DNA of 64,000 nt from Clostridiales bacterium. Lineage in GTDB: Bacteria; Bacillota; Clostridia; Christensenellales; CAG-314. Made by a program: the position numbers and the translations under genes. The DNA lies in contig JAFLVM010000002.1 of NCBI GenBank assembly GCA_022508305.1, positions 91,729 through 155,728 on the forward strand. The letters are read 5' to 3'. This document shows, in pieces, positions 46,861 to 55,284 of this stretch. How positions within the stretch are numbered: position 1 is the stretch's first letter; every line of letters starts with the position of its first letter. A model generated the notes under the pieces. That model searched no databases. It was not told the origin of the DNA and saw nothing but the letters and a program-made list of their open reading frames with translations.

Positions 46861-47673
46861 ATGGATATTGAGCAGGGAAGTATCATTTTTGGTTTGAATT
46901 CAAAAAAATATCCGGAACAAGCGTGTTTTGGAGTGATTATAACTGCTAGTTGTGATATTGCCAATCAAAAAGTGGGAGAAGTGTATTATTTGACGGCAGT
47001 AAATGTTAAGGAATGGCTTTGTACTAAAAGGGGACACGCTTTGGTAATAAAAAATAAGCGAAAAGCACTATATAATAAACTTCAGCAGCAAGTCCGAAGT
47101 CAGCGGTTGAACGAATCACTACTTGTTAAACTGTCACTTGAAGAAGTAAAAACAGTAATTAACGAAACTGTCACTCATGATAAAACAAGAGAAGACATTC
47201 TAAACAATATTCACAATTATTTAGAACTTATAAACGACAGTACGATTGAAAAAAGAAAAGGGGATGCACAGCTGTATTCGCACGATTGTGGTGAACTGCT
47301 TAATCAAATTAGCAAGGGTGATTATCATCGATTTATATATTTGCCAGAAATTGCATATATGGAAAGTTCTAAGAAAGATAACGGAATAATTGTAGATTTT
47401 CAAGAAATAAATTGTCTGCCAATGGAAGAGATACGACTTTTAGTCAATGGTGAAATTGACTATATGATACAAGAAGACAATTTAGATAATTTGCAAAAGT
47501 TGAAAGAAGGATTTTGGTTGAAAAATAAAGATGATTTTGCTTTTTTGTATGGTAAAATTTCGTCTCCTTGGCGAGAACACCTAATGCAACATTTTTCTTT
47601 TTATTTCACTCGTATAGGGTTAGATGGTGCAGAAACAAAAGATTTTCAAAAAATAAGTGAAGGAATAAAATGA
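46861..47673 (+). CDS. Hypothetical protein, partner of the SF1 ATPase (candidate defence-system component A)
   Basis: 270 aa. Strong SD GGGAGGAA. N-terminal GSIIFGLNSKKYPEQACFGVIITASCDIANQKVGEVYYLTAV and a helical C-terminal half. No signal peptide, no TM segment, and no motif I can assign. Confidence 0.75.
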   Translation: MDIEQGSIIFGLNSKKYPEQACFGVIITASCDIANQKVGEVYYLTAVNVKEWLCTKRGHALVIKNKRKALYNKLQQQVRSQRLNESLLVKLSLEEVKTVINETVTHDKTREDILNNIHNYLELINDSTIEKRKGDAQLYSHDCGELLNQISKGDYHRFIYLPEIAYMESSKKDNGIIVDFQEINCLPMEEIRLLVNGEIDYMIQEDNLDNLQKLKEGFWLKNKDDFAFLYGKISSPWREHLMQHFSFYFTRIGLDGAETKDFQKISEGIK

Positions 47674-47681
47674 GGTAAATT

Positions 47682-50000
47682 ATGAGTAACAAGTTTTTAC
47701 TATTTGATAAAGCGGCTATAGACATATTAGTTAGCACACGCACATTTCAAAGTATTGAGTATACGAACGGCATGAGACTTGTGGAACATGCATGTGGTAA
47801 ACATTCTTCAGAAATTTTAGGAGATATAAATATTCGATACTGTTATGATGGAATAATTTTTAGTGGGAAGCGTGGTAATGTGTATTCTGAAGAACAAGAA
47901 AGCAGTAGTTTAAAAAACCATAAGCTTTTCTGCATAGATTTAACAACCTGTGATATATTGTCAGAAAAAGATAGACCCAGTGATTTGTTTACTGTATTGC
48001 AAAAGTCATTTAGAGTATGTCTAAAAATTTGGAATCGTCTGCCATTTGGATTTTCTGAACGTATTCACGAGTCCAAATCTATTGTTTTTCCATTTGCAAT
48101 CACAGATAAGAGAAGGATTGTAATTGAGCGTTCTAATAATATTTCAAGATTGGAGAAAAGGGGAGTTATCAGCCCTCTTCTTGCATATAAATATAATGCC
48201 GAAGAGCCTCGTCCTGGTGTTGAAATTGCAGATACAACTGTACTTAGAAAGGCAGGCGAGGCCTATGTGGATGTAATTTATGAACTTCAAAATGAATTGA
48301 AAGCAAACGAAAATATAGCTTTTTTACCTATAGATAGTAACCTATTCAATCAAGTTACAGCGACTAAGGCTGTGGGGAGAGATGATTTTATGTTTTGGGA
48401 TTTTAAAAGACAGTATGATAACTTGACAGAAACCCAAAAGTATATTGTTGATGTTGAATCTATAGATTCACCTTTGCGTATAGATGGTCCTGCAGGAACT
48501 GGCAAAACCATATCCATGATATTGAGAGCCTATAAAATATTGAAGCAATATAGAGAAAATGGAAAGCCAATTAAAATCGCATTTTTTTCCCATAGCGAAT
48601 CGACTTGTGAGCGTAATCAGTATGTGTTTGGGTTGTATGAAGAAAGCAGTTATTTCTTGAATGAAAAGTCACCGCAAAATATTATTTTTACAACACTATT
48701 AAAGTATTGTTGTGACTACGCAGATATACAGAGGGATAGGTTAATCGAAAAAGATGCGGATGATGCTAAAACATATCAATTGTACCTAGTTGAAGAAGTA
48801 TTGCAGAAAGCTAAAGATATGCATAAAATTCGCACCCTAAGACCATTGATGTCTAAGGGCTTGCAAGAAATATTCGACGATGAAAAAACCCCTACGGCGA
48901 TACAATGTGCCTTGTTACAGCATGAATTTAGTATACAAATAAAAGGGCGAACAGATTGCACATTTGATTCCTATTGTGATATAGAATCAATAACTAACGG
49001 ATTGCCCTGCAAAAATCAAAAGGACAAAGAATGCATATTCTTGTTATTTAATGATTATCAAGATTACTTAAAAGGGATGGGCAATTTCGATGTGGATGAT
49101 GTAGTTATTGAAGCAATGTCACGTCTAAATGCTCCAATATGGAGACGGGAGAGAATAGACAGCGGCTTTGATTATTTGTTCGTGGATGAAATGCATCTGT
49201 TTAATATTAATGAGCAAAGTATTTTTCACTATCTAACAAAAAATTTAGATCCCAAACAGGTGCCAATATGTTTTGCGCTTGATTATAGTCAAGCCATTGG
49301 CGATAGAGGAAATGTGAATCTCGATTATATTGAGAAAAACTTCGGTGATAATGCGGAAAGGAAAAATTATCATACAGTATTCCGTAATTCACCGCAAATA
49401 GCGGATTTCTGCGCTGCAATTGCTTCATCGGGAACATTGATGTTTCAAGAATCATTTTCTAACCCTTATAATGGAATCCAAAACAATTTTGTGGAGGCCG
49501 AAGAGCGTAATTGTGAGATTCCCAAACTCTGTATGTATCCTAATGACGACAAAATGATGGAGGCTCTGGGATATCACATTCAAGAGATAAGCCGTAAGTT
49601 ACAGTGCCAATTGGGTGATATTGCCGTAATCTCGTTTAATAATATGGCTAGTGAGGAAGGTGTCAATGAATTAAGCGCAAAAACAGGAAAAGCGTTTTCC
49701 TTGCTCAAAAACAGAAATAATAACATGAAATCAATTGTCTTGGCATCGCCCTATGAAATAAACGGACTAGAGTTTAAAGCGGTGATACTGTTGGGCGTAG
49801 ATGAAGGAAGAGTCCCGCAAACTGCGGGTGTTAGTGATATTTCACAGCACTTCATTAAATATTCGGCTTATAACTTTTTATATCTTACATCATCAAGGGC
49901 TAAATATCAACTCGTACTACTTGGTAGTAAACTTAACGGATGTTCTTCATGTTTAGAGCATGCAATAAAAACGGAAAGGATAAAATATGAAGAGTTCTAG
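47682..50000 (+). CDS. UvrD-like superfamily-1 helicase/ATPase with an N-terminal domain of about 260 aa of unknown function (candidate defence-system component B)
   Basis: 772 aa. LTETQKYIV...PLRIDGPAGTGKT (Q motif and Walker A), YLFVDEMHLFN (Walker B), TVFRNSPQIADF (motif IV-like), INGLEFKAVILLGVDEGRVP and YLTSSRAKYQLVLL (motifs V/VI-like). SD GAGG (47672-75) overlaps the upstream stop codon. Confidence 0.85.
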   Translation: MSNKFLLFDKAAIDILVSTRTFQSIEYTNGMRLVEHACGKHSSEILGDINIRYCYDGIIFSGKRGNVYSEEQESSSLKNHKLFCIDLTTCDILSEKDRPSDLFTVLQKSFRVCLKIWNRLPFGFSERIHESKSIVFPFAITDKRRIVIERSNNISRLEKRGVISPLLAYKYNAEEPRPGVEIADTTVLRKAGEAYVDVIYELQNELKANENIAFLPIDSNLFNQVTATKAVGRDDFMFWDFKRQYDNLTETQKYIVDVESIDSPLRIDGPAGTGKTISMILRAYKILKQYRENGKPIKIAFFSHSESTCERNQYVFGLYEESSYFLNEKSPQNIIFTTLLKYCCDYADIQRDRLIEKDADDAKTYQLYLVEEVLQKAKDMHKIRTLRPLMSKGLQEIFDDEKTPTAIQCALLQHEFSIQIKGRTDCTFDSYCDIESITNGLPCKNQKDKECIFLLFNDYQDYLKGMGNFDVDDVVIEAMSRLNAPIWRRERIDSGFDYLFVDEMHLFNINEQSIFHYLTKNLDPKQVPICFALDYSQAIGDRGNVNLDYIEKNFGDNAERKNYHTVFRNSPQIADFCAAIASSGTLMFQESFSNPYNGIQNNFVEAEERNCEIPKLCMYPNDDKMMEALGYHIQEISRKLQCQLGDIAVISFNNMASEEGVNELSAKTGKAFSLLKNRNNNMKSIVLASPYEINGLEFKAVILLGVDEGRVPQTAGVSDISQHFIKYSAYNFLYLTSSRAKYQLVLLGSKLNGCSSCLEHAIKTERIKYEEF

Positions 50001-50040
50001 TAATGCTTAATTAGTGTTTCTCTATGTGGTAATCTTGACA

Positions 50041-50086
50041 AACAAAACAAATACGCACGCCCTTGAAGGGTGTGCGTATTTGTTTG
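50041..50086. terminator. Bidirectional terminator shared by the helicase gene and ssrA
   Basis: CAAATACGCACGCCC (50048-62), TTGAA loop, GGGTGTGCGTATTTG (50068-82). Confidence 0.85.
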
Positions 50087-50089
50087 TAA

Positions 50090-50464
50090 TGGTGGAGCTG
50101 ACGGGACTTGCACCCGTGTACCAACGTAAGACTACTTGACTTTCTCCGCGTTCAGTTTGCTTTTGACGTCACAACGATAAGATAGCAAACCAACTTTTCG
50201 TTGCCTGCAACGAATGAGTTTTCGACAAGTGGCGGTTCGTTGCAACCGTCACCGTCTATTTGCGTGATATTACGCAGGACGTTTCACGACGCAAAAATGT
50301 GAAAGCCTACGCGCTGGCGTAAATTAGGCAGCGTATGCCAATCTCATGGATTGGCTGTTTGTGCTATTGTTAGCGTTTAATTTAGTTTTGCCTTGATGCG
50401 CAGTGGGCGCTGCGACGCGCTTATCAAATCTCCTTTAACGCCGGGCGAATCTAAAAACAGCCCC
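50090..50464 (-). ncRNA. ssrA: tmRNA (transfer-messenger RNA)
   Basis: On the minus strand, 5' GGGGCUGUUUUUAGAUUCGCC... pairs with ...CAGCUCCACCA 3' to form a 7-bp acceptor stem with the G3-U pair and an encoded CCA. The T-arm is ACGGG-UGCAAGU-CCCGU. The internal tag frame GGC AAA ACU ... GCU GCC UAA (50392..50324) encodes GKTKLNANNSTNSQSMRLAYAA. Length is 375 nt. Confidence 0.85.
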
Positions 50465-50672
50465 ATATAAAAAGGATATTTACAAGTTTAGTATAGTATA
50501 TATCATTTTGTTCCGTTTGTAAACTTTTTCAATCGGATTGCAGCATTAAGTCAATTTGTCAAGCAATATTTTTTAGATAAACAGTTGTCTAAATCGGCAA
50601 AATAATGTAAAATAAATACGTATGGGCGCAAAACCATATTTAACTTGTAATAAAATTTTGGAGGAAAAAACA

Positions 50673-53318
50673 GTGGCAAAAAAGTATACTTATTTGTTTA
50701 GCGAAGGCAACGCCAAAATGCGTGAAAAGCTTGGCGGCAAGGGCGCAAACCTTGCAGAAATGACCAACATCGGTCTTCCCGTTCCTCAAGGCTTTACCAT
50801 CAGCACAGAAGCGTGTACGCAGTACTACGAAGACGGTCGTAAGATCAACGACGAGATCAAGGAGCAAATTCTCAAGTACATAACAAAGCTTGAGAAGATT
50901 GCTGGCAAGAAGTTCGGCGACAAGGAAAACCCCTTGCTCGTTTCCGTACGTTCCGGCGCTCGCGCATCCATGCCCGGCATGATGGACACAATCTTGAACC
51001 TTGGTTTGAACGACGAAGTTGTTGAAGTTCTTGCGGCAAAGTCCGGTAACCCCCGTTGGGCTTGGGACTGCTACAGAAGATTCATTCAAATGTTTAGCGA
51101 CGTCGTTATGGAAGTCGGCAAGAAGTACTTTGAAGTTCTCATCGACGAAATGAAAGAAAAGCGCGGCGTTAAGCAAGACGTTGAACTTACCGCAGAGGAT
51201 TTGAAAGAGCTTGCAGGTCAATTCAAGGCAGAGTACAAGAAGGCAATCGGAAAACCCTTCCCGCAAGATGCGAAAGAACAGCTTTTCGCAGCAGTAGAAG
51301 CAGTATTCCGTTCTTGGGACAACCCCCGCGCAAACATCTACCGTATGGACCACGACATTCCTTACAGCTGGGGTACCGCTGTTAACGTACAAATGATGGC
51401 ATTCGGTAACATGGGCGACGATTGCGGAACAGGTGTTGCATTCACGCGTAACCCCGCAACAGGCGAAAAGGGTCTTATGGGCGAATTCCTTATGAACGCT
51501 CAAGGCGAAGACGTTGTTGCAGGTGTTCGTACACCGATGCCCATTTCCCAAATGGCAGAAGTTTTGCCCGACGTTTACAAACAATTCCTTCAAGTTTGCG
51601 ATACATTGGAACATCACTACAGAGACATGCAAGACATGGAGTTCACCATCGAAAAGGGTAAGCTTTACATGTTGCAAACACGTAACGGTAAGCGTACGGC
51701 TGCCGCTGCTATCAAGATTGCATGCGACCTCATCGACGAAGGCATGATCAGCGAACAAGAAGCTCTCATGCAAATCGACGCTAAGTCGCTTGACATGCTT
51801 CTTCACCCCACGTTTGACGCTAAGGCTCTTGCCGAAGCAGACAAGAAAAACATTGTAGGTAAGGGTATTGCAGCAAGCCCCGGAGCAGCTGCAGGTACCG
51901 TTGTATTCACTCCTGAAGACGCAGTAGTTCTTGGCAAGCAAGGCAAGAAGGTTATCCTTGTTCGTCTTGAAACGTCTCCCGAAGACATCGAGGGTATGAA
52001 GTACGCTCAAGGTATCTTGACCGTTCGCGGCGGACAAACATCTCACGCAGCAGTTGTTGCTCGCGGTATGGGTACTTGCTGCGTTAGCGGTTGCGGCGAC
52101 ATCAAGATGGACGAAGCTAACAAGCAATTCGAGCTTGGCGGCAAGATGTTCCACGAAGGCGACGACATCTCCTTGGACGGCTCCACAGGTAAGATTTACG
52201 ACATCGCAATCAAGACAGTTCCTGCTGACCCCAGCAGCGGTTACTTCGGACGCATCATGAAGCTTGCCGACAAGTACAAGGCGCTGGAAGTTCGCACAAA
52301 CGCCGACACTCCGCAAGACGCAGAGCGCGCAGCAGAACTTGGCGCAGAAGGTATCGGTCTCTGCCGTACAGAGCATATGTTCTTCGGCGAAGGTCGTATC
52401 GACAAGATTCGCGAAATGATCGTTTCCGAAACAGTAGAGGAGCGCGAAAGAGCACTTGCTAAGATCGAACCTCTTCAACAGGCAGACTTCGAAGGCCTCA
52501 TGGAAGCTTTGAAGGGACAACCCGTTATCATTCGTTTCCTTGACCCGCCGCTTCACGAGTTCGTTCCCACCGATGAACACGACATCGAGGAACTTGCAAA
52601 GGCTCAAGGCAAGACTGTTGCTCAAGTTAAGCAAATTTGCGAATCTCTGCACGAATTCAACCCCATGATGGGTCACCGCGGATGCCGTTTGGCAGTTACC
52701 TACCCCGAAATTGCAGCAATGCAAACACGCGCGGTAATCAAGGCTGCTTTGAACGTTCACCGTCGTCACCCCAAGTGGCACGTTGTTCCCGAAATCATGA
52801 TTCCGCTTGTTGGCGAAGTTAAGGAATTGGCTTTCGTTAAGAAGATCGTCGTTGAAACGGCAGACAGAGTTATCAAGGAAAGCCGTTGCAAACTTGAATA
52901 TCAAGTTGGTACCATGATCGAAATCCCCAGAGCAGCACTTACCGCTGACGAAATTGCAAAAGAAGCAGAGTTCTTCAGCTTCGGTACAAACGACTTGACG
53001 CAAATGACCTTCGGCTTCAGCCGTGACGACGCAAGCAAATTCTTGCCCAGCTACTACAGCACGAAGATTTACGAAAGCGACCCGTTTGCACGTCTTGACA
53101 CAATTGGTGTTGGTAAACTCATGCAGATGGCTGTAACTCTTGGTAGAAAGACCCGTCCCGAACTTCAATGCGGTATCTGCGGCGAACACGGCGGTGATCC
53201 CAGCAGTATCGAGTTTGCTCACAGCATCAATCTGACTTACGTTTCCTGCTCACCTTACCGCGTACCCATCGCTCGTTTGGCAGCAGCTCAAGCAAACATC
53301 AAGAACCCCAGAAAGTAA
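50673..53318 (+). CDS. ppdK: Pyruvate, phosphate dikinase
   Basis: The N-terminus KKYTYLFSEGNAKMREKLGGKGANLAEMTNIGLPVPQGFTIST, the phosphohistidine region TVRGGQTSHAAVVARGMG, and a C-terminal PEP-utiliser TIM barrel (GLCRTEHMFF, FFSFGTNDLTQ). GTG 50673 has SD GGAGGA at 7-nt spacing. Confidence 0.95.
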   Translation: MAKKYTYLFSEGNAKMREKLGGKGANLAEMTNIGLPVPQGFTISTEACTQYYEDGRKINDEIKEQILKYITKLEKIAGKKFGDKENPLLVSVRSGARASMPGMMDTILNLGLNDEVVEVLAAKSGNPRWAWDCYRRFIQMFSDVVMEVGKKYFEVLIDEMKEKRGVKQDVELTAEDLKELAGQFKAEYKKAIGKPFPQDAKEQLFAAVEAVFRSWDNPRANIYRMDHDIPYSWGTAVNVQMMAFGNMGDDCGTGVAFTRNPATGEKGLMGEFLMNAQGEDVVAGVRTPMPISQMAEVLPDVYKQFLQVCDTLEHHYRDMQDMEFTIEKGKLYMLQTRNGKRTAAAAIKIACDLIDEGMISEQEALMQIDAKSLDMLLHPTFDAKALAEADKKNIVGKGIAASPGAAAGTVVFTPEDAVVLGKQGKKVILVRLETSPEDIEGMKYAQGILTVRGGQTSHAAVVARGMGTCCVSGCGDIKMDEANKQFELGGKMFHEGDDISLDGSTGKIYDIAIKTVPADPSSGYFGRIMKLADKYKALEVRTNADTPQDAERAAELGAEGIGLCRTEHMFFGEGRIDKIREMIVSETVEERERALAKIEPLQQADFEGLMEALKGQPVIIRFLDPPLHEFVPTDEHDIEELAKAQGKTVAQVKQICESLHEFNPMMGHRGCRLAVTYPEIAAMQTRAVIKAALNVHRRHPKWHVVPEIMIPLVGEVKELAFVKKIVVETADRVIKESRCKLEYQVGTMIEIPRAALTADEIAKEAEFFSFGTNDLTQMTFGFSRDDASKFLPSYYSTKIYESDPFARLDTIGVGKLMQMAVTLGRKTRPELQCGICGEHGGDPSSIEFAHSINLTYVSCSPYRVPIARLAAAQANIKNPRK

Positions 53319-53340
53319 TTTCTAATAAACCCAAATACAA

Positions 53341-53372
53341 AAAGCAACTTGCAATTCGCAAGTTGCTTTTTT
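53341..53372 (+). terminator. Terminator after ppdK
   Basis: GCAACTTGC (53344-52), AATTC loop, GCAAGTTGC (53358-66), then TTTTTT. Confidence 0.9.
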
Positions 53373-53465
53373 ATGTAGTTCGGTAGAAAATTGTATTTTG
53401 ATTGATTAGAGAACTACAATTATGGTATAATTATCTCACGACAAACAGTAATTTGGTGGTGCTTT

Positions 53466-54032
53466 ATGGATACGAAACAATTTAACGCAGCGATGAAAAA
53501 GCAAAATTATATCGGCGCAGGCTCGGAAATGCACTTACACATGCACGAAATGGCAGACAGAGCAAGGAAAATAACGTCAGAAATAAATAACAGTTATCAC
53601 ACAATGGCAGAAATAAGAGGGCTCTTTTCGGAGTTGATAGGGCAGCAAGTCGATGAGCAATTTGGCTTGTTTCCGCCTTTTTACACGGACTACGGAATGA
53701 ATATCAAGGTGGGCAGTCACGTTTTTATCAACTCGGCGTGTTGCTTTCAAGACCAAGGCGGAATTGAGATAGGCGACAACGTTCAAATCGGTCATCAAAC
53801 GGTCATAGCAACGCTCAATCACGATCTCAACCCCGAAAAACGCTGGAATATGATTCCTGCACCCGTAAAAATAGGTAACAACGTGTGGATAGGCTCCCAT
53901 GCGACAATTCTTTCAGGTGTAACCGTCGGTGATAACGCTGTAATTGCTGCGGGCGCGGTTGTAACTAAAGACGTTCCCGCAAACACCGTTGTAGCGGGCG
54001 TTCCTGCCAAAGTAATCAAAACGATAGAGTAG
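53466..54032 (+). CDS. Sugar O-acetyltransferase (maltose/galactoside acetyltransferase family, hexapeptide repeat)
   Basis: 188 aa. An N-terminal Mac-like region and a left-handed beta-helix with [47 protein letters not shown]. Confidence 0.85.
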   Translation: MDTKQFNAAMKKQNYIGAGSEMHLHMHEMADRARKITSEINNSYHTMAEIRGLFSELIGQQVDEQFGLFPPFYTDYGMNIKVGSHVFINSACCFQDQGGIEIGDNVQIGHQTVIATLNHDLNPEKRWNMIPAPVKIGNNVWIGSHATILSGVTVGDNAVIAAGAVVTKDVPANTVVAGVPAKVIKTIE

Positions 54033-54100
54033 CTGTGACGACAGGCATTGATTGAGTATGCCCTTGACATCAATTTTAGAAATGTGTAAAATTATATATT

Positions 54101-54673
54101 ATGAAAGAAAAATTTGAAATTGCAAATAGCGCCTTAGAGCGTTTGAAAGAAGGAAACAAACTGTATATCAATTCGGAAAAGTGCGTAGGAGACGTTTCGC
54201 AGGAAAAACGCCGTGACACTTTTACAAACGGACAACACCCCTATGCCGTCATAGTGAGCTGCTCCGATTCGAGAGTAATCCCCGAAAGCATCTTTTCCGC
54301 AGGCATTGGCGACCTGTTCGTAATTCGCGTTGCGGGCAACGTTGTGGATAACGTTCAACTTGGCAGCGTTGAGTACGCAGTGGAGCATCTTGGTTGCCGT
54401 CTTGTGGTTGTACTCGGTCACACAGGCTGCGGAGCGGTAAGCGCGGCGATGAGCGACAACTGCGGGTTCGTAAAGCATATAACCGACGAAATAAAACGCG
54501 CGATTGGCGAGGAAACGGACACGGTAAAAGCAAGCGTATTGAACGTCAAGCAAAGCGTGTACAAGGTGCAGACCAGCCTTGCCAAGACGGAAGGTTTGAA
54601 GGTTTGCGGCGCGCTGTACCACACCGACAGCGGCGTTGTTAACTTTGATTTGAATAATTGCACCCATATTTAA
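54101..54673 (+). CDS. Beta-class carbonic anhydrase
   Basis: 190 aa. CSDSRVIPE and GHTGCGAV zinc-ligand motifs. Confidence 0.88.
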   Translation: MKEKFEIANSALERLKEGNKLYINSEKCVGDVSQEKRRDTFTNGQHPYAVIVSCSDSRVIPESIFSAGIGDLFVIRVAGNVVDNVQLGSVEYAVEHLGCRLVVVLGHTGCGAVSAAMSDNCGFVKHITDEIKRAIGEETDTVKASVLNVKQSVYKVQTSLAKTEGLKVCGALYHTDSGVVNFDLNNCTHI

Positions 54674-54767
54674 TTTATGTTGACTTTGAAGTGCCAGTAT
54701 GGTATATTAACTATACAAATTTTTCCCCATTTGAGTGGAATTTCAAATGAAAAAACAGGAGTACAAT

Positions 54768-55220
54768 ATGAGAGAATTTGATTTGCTTTGCAGAGAATTA
54801 GAACAAATGGATCCGCTAACCTACTCGGTGATACTTGCGGAAAAGTCCTTAAAAATACTTCCCGCGCTTGTAGTGATAGAGCAGGACGGCGTTGACGCAG
54901 TACTGGAATACGCAACGTTTATTCTCGGCGCTATGGCGGCAGACGGCAGACTTTCCGAAGAGGAGTACCTTGTTTGCGAGCCGCTGTTGAAAGCGTTTTT
55001 CGGTGACGCAATAGATTACGCAACTTGCAGGGCTTTAGTGAGAATATGCCGTAGTGAAACGCGCGCCTTGAAAAGAGCCGTGGACAACATGGTTCACATC
55101 ATTGGACTGTTGTCAGAAGAATTGAAGAGTGACGTTATACTTGTTTGCATGATGATTTGCGCAATCGACGGCAAAATCTCATTGAAGGAAAAGCACTGGA
55201 TCAAGCAACTCATTCGCTGA
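54768..55220 (+). CDS. TerB-like (tellurite-resistance TerB / DjlA N-terminal fold) protein
   Basis: ILGAMAADGRLSEEEYLVCEPLL and ICAIDGKISLKEKHWIKQLI are paired ADG/IDG helices. ATG 54768 follows SD AGGAG at 6-nt spacing. The starts at 54735 and 54747 are less likely. Confidence 0.6.
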   Translation: MREFDLLCRELEQMDPLTYSVILAEKSLKILPALVVIEQDGVDAVLEYATFILGAMAADGRLSEEEYLVCEPLLKAFFGDAIDYATCRALVRICRSETRALKRAVDNMVHIIGLLSEELKSDVILVCMMICAIDGKISLKEKHWIKQLIR

Positions 55221-55284
55221 TTTCTATAAAAAAGTTGACATGGGGTGGAAATTTTCATCCCATGTTGTAATTTTAGGAGGCAAA

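Larger units (their letters stand above)
41420..50040. other. AT-rich accessory island abutting the 3' end of ssrA (no integrase, no att repeat found)
   Basis: My hand counts on single 60-nt lines give about 25-37 percent G+C inside the island, against about 58 percent in a single ppdK line counted outside it. All six genes inside are non-housekeeping. The right edge is the terminator shared with ssrA. Confidence 0.55.

Noticed and set aside
46712-46897. A 61-aa + strand ORF overlapping the start of the 270-aa gene
   Set aside because: It has no SD and an AT-rich, low-complexity translation. It overlaps the well-supported start at 46861, which has SD GGGAGGAA.
50518-50531. The cre-like sequence TGTAAACTTTTTCA upstream of ppdK
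   Set aside because: It lacks the central CG of the CcpA consensus. It also lies closer to the ssrA promoter region than to the ppdK start. It is too weak to call.
50640-53222. An 860-aa open reading frame on the minus strand, spanning almost all of ppdK
   Set aside because: The + strand frame encodes an unmistakable pyruvate phosphate dikinase. The antisense translation is low-complexity (rich in V, F, C, N and L) with no motif, no SD and no plausible start context. It is a shadow ORF produced by the codon bias of the sense gene.
55238-55270. The hairpin ACATGGG-N14-CCCATGT after the TerB-like gene as a terminator
   Set aside because: It has a 7-bp stem with a 14-nt loop and an interrupted T-run. 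It is too weak to list as a feature.
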